Assembly: GCA_965215145.1 (NCBI GenBank)
Contig: OZ244038.1
Span: 956,579-1,020,578, forward strand
Direction of reading: 5' to 3'
DNA length: 64,000 nt
Source of the DNA: Rhodothermales bacterium
GTDB taxonomy: Bacteria; Bacteroidota; Rhodothermia; Rhodothermales; JANQRZ01
Under the pieces are notes generated by a model. The model searched no databases. It was not told the origin of the DNA and saw only the letters and a program-made list of their open reading frames with translations. Shown in pieces: positions 43,268 through 52,121 of the stretch. Position numbers and translations under genes: made by a program. Each line of letters begins with the position of its first letter. Position 1 is the first letter of the stretch.

Positions 43268-44740
43268 TTATTCGAACGGTACCGTGTCCGCGTCGAGCGT
43301 GCCGACGGCGTAGTCGAGCAGCGTCCGCTGGAAGACGAATTGGGCCACGGCCTGCGCCCTGGCGCTCCGGGCTTCGACGAGGCGGGCCTGCGCCTGCGCC
43401 CGCTCCGTCAGCGTCGAGACGCCGAGGGCGTAGCGCTCCTGCTCGGCCGCGAGGGCGACCTCGGCGGCCTCGACCTGCCGGGCCGTCACGTCGAGGCGCT
43501 TCTCGGCGTTGCGGTAGTCGAGGTACGCCTGCCGGACCTCGAGGGCGACGTCCTGCTCCAGGTCCTCGAGCGCGATCCGCGCGTTCTCCCGCGCGAGCCG
43601 CGCCTGCCGCACCTGCGCCCGCGTGGCGAACCGGTCGAAGATCGGGATGTCGATCGAGAGGCCGACCGAGCCGCCGCGGTTGTCGGTGAAGAACTGGCTC
43701 CCGAAGGGGGCCTCCTCGAACTCCGGCGAGCCGGGGATCACGAACGGCTCGCCGCCGATGAAGACGGGGTCACCGGAGGCCGTGGTCACGGGGGTCACCG
43801 TACCGGTGCCGTCGATGGGGCGGGAGGCGAGGCTGGAGTAGCTGGAGCCGTACGAGGCGAAGAGGTCCACGCGCGGGTAGTACCCGCCCTTGGCCGCCTG
43901 CACCGAGGCGTCGGCCGCCGCGATGGCGCGCTCCTGCGCCGCGAGGTCCACTCGGCGGTCGTAGGCGGCGGTGAGGAGCGCTTCGAGGTCGTAGGCCGCC
44001 GGCGTCAGCGCGACGGCCTCGAGGTCCGGGGCCGTGAAGGCGTACGCCTCGAAGGGGTCGAGCTGGAGGGTGCCGACGAGCCGCGTCCGCGCCAGCTCGA
44101 GCTGGCTCTCCGCCTGGAGCAACGCGAGCTCGGCCTCGGCGACCAGCGCCGCCTGCTGGAACAGGTCGGCCCGCGCCCGCACCCCGCCCTCAACCAACTG
44201 CTCGACCTGGGCGAGCTGCTGCTCCTGCGCGCCGAGGGCCTCGCGGCGGATCGTCACGAGCTCGGCGTCGAGGAGCGTCTGCAGGAACTCGTTGCCGACG
44301 GTGAAGAGCACGTTCTGCTCGGCCCGCTCCAGGTCCAGCCGGCCGACCTCCCGTTCGAGCCGCCGCTGCCGCAGCGTCGCCACGTCGCTGAACCCGTTGA
44401 AGACGTTGATGCCGAGGGACGCCGAGGCGCTGAGGGCCTCGCTCGTCTCCTGCTCCAGCCGCCCCGTCGTCTGGTCGAAGGCGAGCCCGTAGCGCTGGGC
44501 CGGGGTGAGGGACGCCGAGAGGTTCGGGAGGAACGAGGCGCGGGCGAAGTCGACGGCCTCGCCGCGGGCCTGCACGGCGTTCTCGGCGCGGCGGAGGTCG
44601 GTGTTCTGGCGGAGCGCGATCTGCAGCGCCTCCTCGAAGGTGATCTCGCGGGCTGGCCCGTCCTGCAGAACGTCCTGGGCCGCCGCGGTGGGCTGGATCA
44701 GCAGAAGGGCGAGGAGTAGACCGTAGCCGAAACGGGGCAT
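43268..44740 (-). CDS. TolC-family outer membrane efflux protein
   Basis: Signal peptide MPRFGYGLLLALLLIQPTAAAQ. The two TolC repeats show the characteristic L-x-x-A-x-x-x-A-L-x-x-N-x-D-L and coiled-coil Ala/Leu/Glu/Arg-rich pattern. Confidence 0.85.
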   Translation of the reverse strand: MPRFGYGLLLALLLIQPTAAAQDVLQDGPAREITFEEALQIALRQNTDLRRAENAVQARGEAVDFARASFLPNLSASLTPAQRYGLAFDQTTGRLEQETSEALSASASLGINVFNGFSDVATLRQRRLEREVGRLDLERAEQNVLFTVGNEFLQTLLDAELVTIRREALGAQEQQLAQVEQLVEGGVRARADLFQQAALVAEAELALLQAESQLELARTRLVGTLQLDPFEAYAFTAPDLEAVALTPAAYDLEALLTAAYDRRVDLAAQERAIAAADASVQAAKGGYYPRVDLFASYGSSYSSLASRPIDGTGTVTPVTTASGDPVFIGGEPFVIPGSPEFEEAPFGSQFFTDNRGGSVGLSIDIPIFDRFATRAQVRQARLARENARIALEDLEQDVALEVRQAYLDYRNAEKRLDVTARQVEAAEVALAAEQERYALGVSTLTERAQAQARLVEARSARAQAVAQFVFQRTLLDYAVGTLDADTVPFE

Positions 44741-44843
44741 GGTGGGGGTCACGTCGGGGAGAGCAGACGGGAGCTTTGACGGCCCGCCCTGACCCTTTGT
44801 TACAGGGGGCGGGGCCGAGCGCACCCCGAAAACCGAGGCGAAG

Positions 44844-46718
44844 TTAGGCCGCCTCCCGTTCCGCTACTTGGGCCGCCGTCAGTAATTCGGCGAACGCCTC
44901 GTCGCTCTCGACCTGCTCCATCATCAGGAGGATGAGGCGGGCGTTGAGGCGGGCGCTCTCCTCGCCCGAGAGCCCGTCGTGCGCCTTAACGAGCCGGTTG
45001 TAGCGCGCATCGTGGGGGTAGTCCGGCCGGCGGTCCTCGATGGCGACGGGCTCGACCGGCGGCGCGTGCCCCGTGGCCCGCCGGAGCGCCGCGCGGATCA
45101 CCTCCTCATCGAGCGTCCGGCCCCGCGCCGCGACGTGCTGATCGGGCCGGATGAGATACCACGAGCCAGGAAGGGCGTCGTAGCGCTTGGCGAACAGCTC
45201 CTCCGCGTCCACGAGCACGCCCGGCACCGACGGGTCGGGTGTGACGGGGACGACCTCGACCAGGATCTCCCCACCGGTGAGCCCGCCGAGGTCGGGCGCC
45301 TGGCCGCCCTCGGTGAAGACGACGAGGCCGAACCGGTCGCCGAGGTGGCGGAGGAGCCACGTCGGCTCGCCGTCGCGGGTGAGGGGGGCGTCGGCGGCGG
45401 GGTAGCCGGGCTGGAGCGCGCCGCCGAACGCGTCCGTGTCGGGCGTCGTCAGCGGCGAGCGGAGGTAGCGGTGCGGCTTCGAGAGCCGGCCGCTGTTGAC
45501 GAGCCGCCGCATCGCCGGGCGCCCCTCGGCGAGGGCGAGGGCGGCGTTGCGGAAGACGAGGCTCGCCGGGTTCTTCGGCGAGATGAAGTCGGTGGCCTGC
45601 GAGGAGTGGCGGATGTTCTCGTCGGCGGCCGGCCCGCGCTCGGCGTCGTAGGTGTCGAGGAGGGACGCCGGGGCTGCGCCGCGGAGCACGAGGGCCAGCT
45701 TCCACGCGAGGTTGTCGGCGTCCTGGATGCCGCCGTTGGCGCCCCGCGCGCCGAACGGCGAGATCTGGTGCGCGCTGTCGCCGACGAAGACCACGCGGCC
45801 GTGGACGAACCGGTCGAGGCGGAGGCAGCGGAACCGGTAGATGCTCGTCCACTCCAGCTCGAAGTCCACCTCCGGCCCGAGCATTTCGCGGATGCGCGCC
45901 CGGATCCGCGCGGGGTCGAGCTCGGCCTCGCGGTCGATGTCGGGGCCGAGCTGGAGGTCGATCCGCCAGACCCCGTCGGGCTGCTTGTGCAGGAGCGCCG
46001 ACCCGCCGGGGTTGAACGGGGGGGCGAACCAGAACCACCGCTCGGTCGGGAAGTCCGCCCCCGCGCCCATCGTCACGTCGGCGATGAGGAAGTGCTCGTC
46101 GAAGTCCTCCCCCCGCAGCGGGAGATCCAGGAGCCGACGGACGGCGCTGCCGACGCCGTCGCAGGCGAGGAGGTAGTCGGCCTCGACGGTGTAATCCCCC
46201 TCCGGCGTCCGGGCCGTCACCGCCACCCCGTCCCCGCGTGGCTCGACGCCCACGACCTCGTTTTCCCAGCGGAGATCCACCAGTGGCTCCGCCTCGGCCC
46301 GGTCCACGAGGTACTCCTCGCCGTAGTACTGCTGGAGGTTGATGAACGCCGGCCGCTCGTGCCCCGCCTCCGGGAGCAGGTTGAACTCGTAGACGAGGCC
46401 GTCGCGGAAGAACACCTTCCCGAGGTTCCACGTCACCCCCTTCGCGACCATCCGGTCCCCGGCCCCGAGCCGGTCGCAGATCTCCAGCGTCCGCTTGGCG
46501 AAGCAGATCGCCCGCGAGCCGATGGAGACCGTGTCGTCCTCGTCGAGCACGACCGACGGGACGCCCTGCCGCGCGAGCGCGAGCGCCGCGGCGAGGCCGA
46601 CCGGCCCGGCCCCCACGATCACAGCGGGGTGCCGCGTGGGCCGCTCCGCGTCCTGGTCCGGCGAGCGGCGGTACGGGTACGTCGGGTTCTCGTAGGTCGA
46701 GGGGGTGATGCGGGGCAT
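44844..46718 (-). CDS. FAD-dependent aromatic-ring monooxygenase (MhpA/PheA-like) with a C-terminal extension
   Basis: The dinucleotide-binding motif reads AVIVGAGPVGLAAALALARQGVPSVVLD, followed later by GRVVFVGDSAHQISPFGARGANGGIQDADNLAWKL. Confidence 0.85.
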   Translation of the reverse strand: MPRITPSTYENPTYPYRRSPDQDAERPTRHPAVIVGAGPVGLAAALALARQGVPSVVLDEDDTVSIGSRAICFAKRTLEICDRLGAGDRMVAKGVTWNLGKVFFRDGLVYEFNLLPEAGHERPAFINLQQYYGEEYLVDRAEAEPLVDLRWENEVVGVEPRGDGVAVTARTPEGDYTVEADYLLACDGVGSAVRRLLDLPLRGEDFDEHFLIADVTMGAGADFPTERWFWFAPPFNPGGSALLHKQPDGVWRIDLQLGPDIDREAELDPARIRARIREMLGPEVDFELEWTSIYRFRCLRLDRFVHGRVVFVGDSAHQISPFGARGANGGIQDADNLAWKLALVLRGAAPASLLDTYDAERGPAADENIRHSSQATDFISPKNPASLVFRNAALALAEGRPAMRRLVNSGRLSKPHRYLRSPLTTPDTDAFGGALQPGYPAADAPLTRDGEPTWLLRHLGDRFGLVVFTEGGQAPDLGGLTGGEILVEVVPVTPDPSVPGVLVDAEELFAKRYDALPGSWYLIRPDQHVAARGRTLDEEVIRAALRRATGHAPPVEPVAIEDRRPDYPHDARYNRLVKAHDGLSGEESARLNARLILLMMEQVESDEAFAELLTAAQVAEREAA

Positions 46719-46763
46719 GGGGGTGACGGTGGAGCTAGCCGGGGGTGGTGAACCAGGGCGTGA

Positions 46764-46822
46764 TGCGTGGTGCGTATTGCGTGTTGAAGGTCGGCGTCAG
46801 GACACGCAACACGATACACGCA
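46764..46822. repeat. Imperfect inverted repeat built from TGCGT heptads
   Basis: The left arm TGCGTGG-TGCGTAT-TGCGTGT is at 46764..46784, followed by a 17-nt spacer. The right arm ACACGCA-ACACGAT-ACACGCA is at 46802..46822. 17 of 21 positions are complementary. Confidence 0.85.
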
Positions 46823-46850
46823 ACAGGGGCTTCACCCGGACGGACTTCCA

Positions 46851-47801
46851 CTATCCCTGAAGCGCCTCCCACATCTCGCGGTCGCGCTCGGCGGTCCAGA
46901 TCTGCGGGTGCTCGGTGCCCTGCGCCTCGTCGTAGGCGCGGGCGACGTTGAACGGCATGCAGTGCTCGAAGATGACCCAGTCACCGAAGCGCGGGCTCAT
47001 CGCCGCGTGGATCCGGTCGTAGCACGCCTTCAGATCCTCGCCTTTCGCTGCCGCCTTCTGCGCCTCCTCGAACAGCATCGTGACGTACTCGCGCGTGCCG
47101 GAGATCGCCTCCCGGCAGGTTTCGGGCGAGGTGAGGGCGTCGCCGCGGCCGGGGACGAGGGCCTCCGGCTCCAGCGCCTCGAGCCGGCGCAGCGTCTCGG
47201 GCCAGCGGGCGAGCTGGGCGTCGCCGCAGTACGGCGTCGCGCCGTACTCGACCTGGTCGCCGGCGAAGAGGACGCGCTCCTCCGGGAGCCACACCACGGC
47301 GTCCCCGCGCGTGTGCCCCTCGCCGACGTGGACGATGCGGACCTCGCGCTCGCCGAGCCACAGCGTCATCGCCGTGTCGAACGTCAGCGTGGGCCACGTC
47401 AGGCCGGGGATGCTCTCGTGCCCGCGGAAGAGACGGGGGAACCGCTCGAACTCGCTCTGCCAGTCCTGCTCCCCGCGCTCGACCACCATCTCGCGCGCCT
47501 TGGCCGACATGATGACCTCGCGGGCGCCGTAGGCGCTGGCGCCGAGGACGCGGACGGCGTGGTAGTGCGTGAGGACGAGGTGCTCGATGGGCTTGTCGGT
47601 CACCTCGCGGATGCGGGCGACGACGTCGCTCGCCATGCGCGGGGTCGCCTGGGCCTCGATGACCAGCACGCTCTCGTCGCCGACGACGACGCCGCTGTTG
47701 GGGTCGCCCTCGGTGGTGTAGGCGTAGGCGCCGGGGGCGATCTCCTCGAACGTGACCTGCTTCTCTTCGAGGTCGCCCTGGGAGGCGAAGGGGGTAGCCA
47801 T
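46851..47801 (-). CDS. MBL-fold metallo-hydrolase
   Basis: LVLTHYHAVRVLG (HxHxxR variant of the HxHxDH motif), ...IVHVGEGHTRGDAVVWLPEERVLFAGD... The start at MATPF is preferred over the ORF-track start at 47900. Confidence 0.8.
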   Translation of the reverse strand: MATPFASQGDLEEKQVTFEEIAPGAYAYTTEGDPNSGVVVGDESVLVIEAQATPRMASDVVARIREVTDKPIEHLVLTHYHAVRVLGASAYGAREVIMSAKAREMVVERGEQDWQSEFERFPRLFRGHESIPGLTWPTLTFDTAMTLWLGEREVRIVHVGEGHTRGDAVVWLPEERVLFAGDQVEYGATPYCGDAQLARWPETLRRLEALEPEALVPGRGDALTSPETCREAISGTREYVTMLFEEAQKAAAKGEDLKACYDRIHAAMSPRFGDWVIFEHCMPFNVARAYDEAQGTEHPQIWTAERDREMWEALQG

Positions 47802-47856
47802 GACGAGCGGGGTTGATGGGCGGGGGGGGAGGGATGGCCTCCGGCGAGGCTTCGCG

Positions 47857-47880
47857 TTCGAACCCCCGGTGCCTTGCGGC
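47857..47880. repeat. 24-bp duplicate of an internal tRNA-Ser segment
   Basis: TTCGAACCCCCGGTGCCTTGCGGC at 47857..47880 is identical to 47916..47939 inside tRNA-Ser. It lies 22 nt beyond the tRNA 3' end. Confidence 0.9.
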
Positions 47881-47901
47881 GCGGGGGCATCCAGCTCCAA
47901 G

Positions 47902-47986
47902 CGGAGGGGGAGGGATTCGAACCCCCGGTGCCTTGCGGCACAACGGTTTTCAAGACCGCCGCATTCGACCGCTCTGCCACCCCTCC
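47902..47986 (-). tRNA. tRNA-Ser (anticodon TGA)
   Basis: The reverse complement is GGAGGGG-TG-GCAGAGCGGTCGAATGC-..-CTTGAAA anticodon loop-long variable arm GTGCCGCAAGGCAC-GGGGG-TTCGAAT-CCCTC-CCCCTCC-G. It is 85 nt and CCA is not encoded. Confidence 0.85.
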
Positions 47987-48175
47987 GGGGAAGGGATTAA
48001 GGTACGCCGACCGCCGCGTCCTCAGCCCTGCCCAGATAGGCCGGGGGTCTATTTGCATGGGGGGCTTGCTTTAGGGGATATGTGAGGCGATATTGCTCCC
48101 TCGCCGCACGGTCCCTCCGCCCCGCCTGCTCCCATGTGCGGCCTAATGCAGGCTTTCCCGACTCTCCCCCTACCC

Positions 48176-50080
48176 ATGCCCCTCCGTTTCCTCCTTGCGC
48201 TGGTGCTGCTCGCGCCCGCCTTCGCACATGCCCAGCCCCGGCTCTTCGCCCCGGTCGACGGCGCCCGCACCACGCTCGACGCCCGCCAGGCAGAGCTTCT
48301 CGGCCACGCCGAGGCCGGCGCGGCCGTCGAGGTCCAGCTCGCCGAGGTCGACTTCGACGCCCTCAGCGCCCCCGTCGTCTCCTTCAACGTCGCCGACGGC
48401 ACCACCGTGGAGCTCGTCCGCGACCGCAGCGAGCGCCAGTACGCTGGCGTCACCCACTACTTCCGCAGCGGCGACGCCGAGACCCACGCCATCGTCGTCG
48501 AGCGCGAGGGGATGGTCACGGCCACGGTCCGCGTGGAGGGCCAGCTTTACAGCGTCCGCCCGCTGACGGGCGGCCTCCACGCCGTGACCCGGATCGACGA
48601 GAGCCGGTTCGTGGACCACGCCCCCGAGTGGGCTGAGGTTGAGGCCGCCGCCACCGAGCATGACGCCCTCCACGGCATGGCCGCCGGGCCGGACGTCGCC
48701 GCGCCGCAGCAGAGTGTCCCCGTGGTTCAGGACATCCTCGTGCCCTACACCGCGAACGCCGCCTCTCAGGTCGGCGACATCCTCGCGCTCGTCCAACTCG
48801 CCGTCTCGGAGACCAACCAGGGCTACGCGGCGAGCGACATCAACCTCGAGCTCAACCTGGTGCATACCTACCAGACGCCGCAGAACGAGTCGAGCAGCTT
48901 CTCGACGACGCTGACCCGGATGCAGAACAAGAACGACGGCTACCACGACGAGATCGACGGGCTCCGGACGCAGTACGGCGCCGACATGGTCGGCATGATC
49001 ATCGGGTCCGGGTTCTACTGCGGCCAGGCCCGCACGATCCGCGCCTACAACGCCGGCGACGCCTTCCAGGTGACCTCGCAGAACTGCGCGACGGGGTACT
49101 ACACGTTCGGCCACGAGTTCGGCCACCTCCAGGGCGCCCGCCACAACGTCGAGATCGACAACTCCTCGTTCCCCTACTCCTTCGGCCACGGGAAGTGCTA
49201 CTCCCCCGGGAACTGGCGCACGGTGATGTCCTACGGCTGCCCCGGCTTCACCAACCGCGTGCTCCGGTGGTCGAACCCGGACGTGAACTACTTCGGCACC
49301 CCGCTCGGCGACACCTCGCTGCGCGACAACGCCCGCGTCCTCGACCTCACGGCGAACGACATCGCCGGCTTCTACGCCAGCAGCGGCTCGGGCACGGCGA
49401 CCGTCACGGGCGCCGTCACGTCCGGCAGCCCCGTCCCCTCGAACGGCGGCCGGATCTTCTTCGACGTCACGGTCGAGAACGCGAGCGGCGCCTCCTTCTC
49501 GGGCGTCTACTGGGTGGACGCCTTCCTCCCCGACGGCTCGGCCTACAACCGCAACCCCGTCGTCGCGGCCCGGAACGTCTCGCTCTCGGACGGTCAGAGC
49601 TCGACGTTCTCCTTCAGCGGGAACGTCCCGCGCGGCGGCCCGGCCGGCATCTACACCCTGCGTGCCTACGTCGGCGCCTCGTACCCCTCGGGCATCGACG
49701 ACACGGGCGACTTCACGTTCTCGAAGGTCGGGTCGCGGCCGGCCGGTGGGGCGCTCGTGCTGGCGTTCGAGGCTGACGCGGCCGACGGCGCGGACGCTGC
49801 GGCGGCTCGCGTGACGCTCAGCGGCGCCGAGGTCGGTGCCTACCCGAACCCGTTCCGGGCGAGCACGACGCTCCGCTACGCCGTTGCGGAGGCGGGCGAG
49901 GTCTCGCTCGCCGTCTACGACGTGCTCGGGCGCGAGGTCGCCGTGCTGGCCGAGGGGGCGGTCGAGGCCGGCGTCTATGAGGCCACCTTCGACGCCTCGG
50001 CGCTGCCGAGCGGGGTCTACGTGTGGCGCCTCGCCGCGGGCGCCGAGGTCCAGACGGGCCGGTTCCTCCTCGCCCGCTAG
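48176..50080 (+). CDS. Secreted zinc metalloprotease (reprolysin/M12B-like HExxHxxGxxH) with a T9SS C-terminal sorting domain
   Basis: Signal peptide MPLRFLLALVLLAPAFAHAQ. The catalytic motif is FGHEFGHLQGARH. The C-terminus reads GAYPNPFRASTTLRYAVAEAGEVSLAVYDVLGREVAVLAEG...GVYVWRLAAGAEVQTGRFLLAR. Confidence 0.85.
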   Translation: MPLRFLLALVLLAPAFAHAQPRLFAPVDGARTTLDARQAELLGHAEAGAAVEVQLAEVDFDALSAPVVSFNVADGTTVELVRDRSERQYAGVTHYFRSGDAETHAIVVEREGMVTATVRVEGQLYSVRPLTGGLHAVTRIDESRFVDHAPEWAEVEAAATEHDALHGMAAGPDVAAPQQSVPVVQDILVPYTANAASQVGDILALVQLAVSETNQGYAASDINLELNLVHTYQTPQNESSSFSTTLTRMQNKNDGYHDEIDGLRTQYGADMVGMIIGSGFYCGQARTIRAYNAGDAFQVTSQNCATGYYTFGHEFGHLQGARHNVEIDNSSFPYSFGHGKCYSPGNWRTVMSYGCPGFTNRVLRWSNPDVNYFGTPLGDTSLRDNARVLDLTANDIAGFYASSGSGTATVTGAVTSGSPVPSNGGRIFFDVTVENASGASFSGVYWVDAFLPDGSAYNRNPVVAARNVSLSDGQSSTFSFSGNVPRGGPAGIYTLRAYVGASYPSGIDDTGDFTFSKVGSRPAGGALVLAFEADAADGADAAAARVTLSGAEVGAYPNPFRASTTLRYAVAEAGEVSLAVYDVLGREVAVLAEGAVEAGVYEATFDASALPSGVYVWRLAAGAEVQTGRFLLAR

Positions 50081-50108
50081 CCTGGGGACCCAGTCCCAAT
50101 AGAACGAC

Positions 50109-50140
50109 GGGGGCGTCGCACGTAACGGTGCGGCGCCCCC
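50109..50140 (+). terminator. Stem-loop downstream of the metalloprotease gene
   Basis: gggggcg-tc-gcac-gtaacg-gtgc-gg-cgccccc starts 29 nt after the stop. There is no clear T-tract. Confidence 0.4.
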
Positions 50141-50740
50141 GCTGTCTAGAGGGCGTCAGCCCCCGGCAGACGCTGGCTAAGAGTAGCCCGCACACGCACC
50201 CCGTAGGTATCAAGCGCCCGGTGTGCGACGAGCCCTGTGGATCGACGGCGGCGACCCCCGAGCGGCTGAACCATCTTCCATCCGGATGGCGAACAGCGCC
50301 CCGCCTGAACCTGCGTGTTCCGGGCGCCTCCGACAGGCCGCTCTCTGGCTAGCGGGGAGCCGGGGCCCCCGTGGCCCGCTCTGCCGGGACTTAACTGACC
50401 CGCTCGGGTCGGCCGCTTCGGAGCGAACGCCTAAGCGCGTCCATCACCCGCTGCGTCCGGCAGCCCTCCTCGAAGTCGCAGAGGAACCCGCGCCCGGGGT
50501 CGGCGACGGCGGCGAGGAACGCCTCGGTCTCGACGTCGAAGACGGCGTAGCGCTCCGGCCCGGCGACGGCGGGCCGGGGGCCTCGCCCGCGCCGACGAGG
50601 TGGAAGTCCCACCCGGCGAGGTTCGAAGCAAACACGGCGGCCTCGCGACGTCTCGGGTGGGCTGACCCTCAGACGTAGTCCGCCCTCGTAATGCCGATGC
50701 GGAGGCTTCCACCGGCCTCCGTGGATGGCCTCCCGGGCCG

Positions 50741-51868
50741 TCACAGCTCCGCCGGCTGGGGCGACGGATGCTCCCCGCACAGCTGCCTGTAGAGCTCGAT
50801 CGTCCGCCCCACGTTCGTGTCCCGGTCGAACCGCTCCAGGGCCGAGAGGCGTCCGACGCGTGCGAGCGCCCCGGCTACGGCAGGGTCGCCCAGGACGTCC
50901 ATCAGGCAGTGCCCGTACTCGTCGTCCTCCCCAGACACCAGGTAGCCGCCGCCGCCGTCCGCGAGGACGGCCCGGTTCCCTTCGATGTCGGAGCACACGA
51001 TCGGCAGGCCCACCGCGAGGGCCTCGATCAGGAACATCGGGAGCACCTCGGGATGGCTGGACGGGAAGAGGGCGGCGTCGGAGAGCGCGAGGTAGGGGAC
51101 GACGTCGGGCTGGTAGCCGGGGAAGTGGAACCGTGCCGTCCCCCTGGAGTCGGTGGCCTGCCGGCGGACCTCGGCCAGGGAGGGGCCGTCCCCCAGTATG
51201 ACCCCGTGCAGCGCCACGTCCAGCCAGGAAGCCACGCGGTCCACGATCTCGATGAAGCGGTCCACTCCCTTCGCCGGGACGATGCGCCCGGCGATCACCG
51301 CGACGTAGTCCTCAGCCCCGATCCCGAGGCGCTCGCGCTCCGCCGTCGCGTCGGCGGCAGCCGCGCGGGCAGCGACCCCGCTGACGTCGATGAAGTTGGG
51401 GATCAGGGAGATGCGCTCCGGCTCGATGCCGAGGGCGGCCAGATGGCGGACCTTCGGCGAACTGATAGCTACGTAGTGGTGGGAAGCGCGGCCGAACAGG
51501 TGCGCTGCCAGCCGCCTCGGTCTCAGGGCGAAACCCCTCGAATGGTGCGTGACGACACGGACGGGGGCGGTCCCGCTCAGGTGAGTTGCGAGCGGGACGA
51601 GCACGCTGGCAAGCGCTCCCTGGGCATGGACGACGGACGGGCGCCACCGCCTGAGCTGCCGCGCCAGGTGAAGCACGTAGCGGGGCATACGCCTCGGGCT
51701 TGGGCCGGGGCAGCACACCACGCGCGGGTCCACGTTGTCCTGGAGCGGCCCCGGTTCTGCAAAGAGGCAGACCTCCGCGCCACTCCTGGCGAGGGCGTTG
51801 CACAACTCAACCGTCATCGTCTGGGCTCCGCCCAGTCTCAGGTTGTCGGTAGTCACAAGGATGCGCAC
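50741..51868 (-). CDS. Glycosyltransferase family 4 (GT-B, GT1/GT4-type)
   Basis: MRILVTTDNLRLGGAQTMTVELCNALARSG... with a C-terminal EVLPMFLIEALAVGLPIVCSDIEGNRAVL (E-x7-E-like region). Confidence 0.85.
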   Translation of the reverse strand: MRILVTTDNLRLGGAQTMTVELCNALARSGAEVCLFAEPGPLQDNVDPRVVCCPGPSPRRMPRYVLHLARQLRRWRPSVVHAQGALASVLVPLATHLSGTAPVRVVTHHSRGFALRPRRLAAHLFGRASHHYVAISSPKVRHLAALGIEPERISLIPNFIDVSGVAARAAAADATAERERLGIGAEDYVAVIAGRIVPAKGVDRFIEIVDRVASWLDVALHGVILGDGPSLAEVRRQATDSRGTARFHFPGYQPDVVPYLALSDAALFPSSHPEVLPMFLIEALAVGLPIVCSDIEGNRAVLADGGGGYLVSGEDDEYGHCLMDVLGDPAVAGALARVGRLSALERFDRDTNVGRTIELYRQLCGEHPSPQPAEL

Positions 51869-52019
51869 GGAGCCACTTGGGGAGGGGGGCTAAGGAGGAC
51901 GACCTCCGCCAATCTACGCCCTCGTTGAACTTGCAGGCTCGGATCAGGCACCACCGTTCGCCGAGTCAAGGGGCCCAATCGGAGAATCCGGCGAGGTGCG
52001 CCAAAGGCGACGTAGGTTT

Positions 52020-52090
52020 GCGCCTCGACGGCCTGCGCCTCGACGGCCTGCGCCTCGACGGCCTGCGCCTCGACGGCCTGCGCCTCGACC
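52020..52090. repeat. 15-bp tandem repeat GCGCCTCGACGGCCT, about 4.7 copies
   Basis: Perfect units start at 52020, 52035, 52050 and 52065, with a partial unit from 52080. The array ends about 32 nt upstream of the ppk1 ATG. Confidence 0.95.
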
Positions 52091-52121
52091 TGCCGCCGCC
52101 TTCCCGAACCGCCCCGCCCCG

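Noticed and set aside
51996-52121. N-terminal extension of ppk1 containing (RRPAP) repeats
   Set aside because: The extension is simply the translated 15-bp tandem repeat. The conserved PPK1 N-terminus (LFDRELSWVAFN) follows closely after the ATG at 52122, which is the more plausible start.
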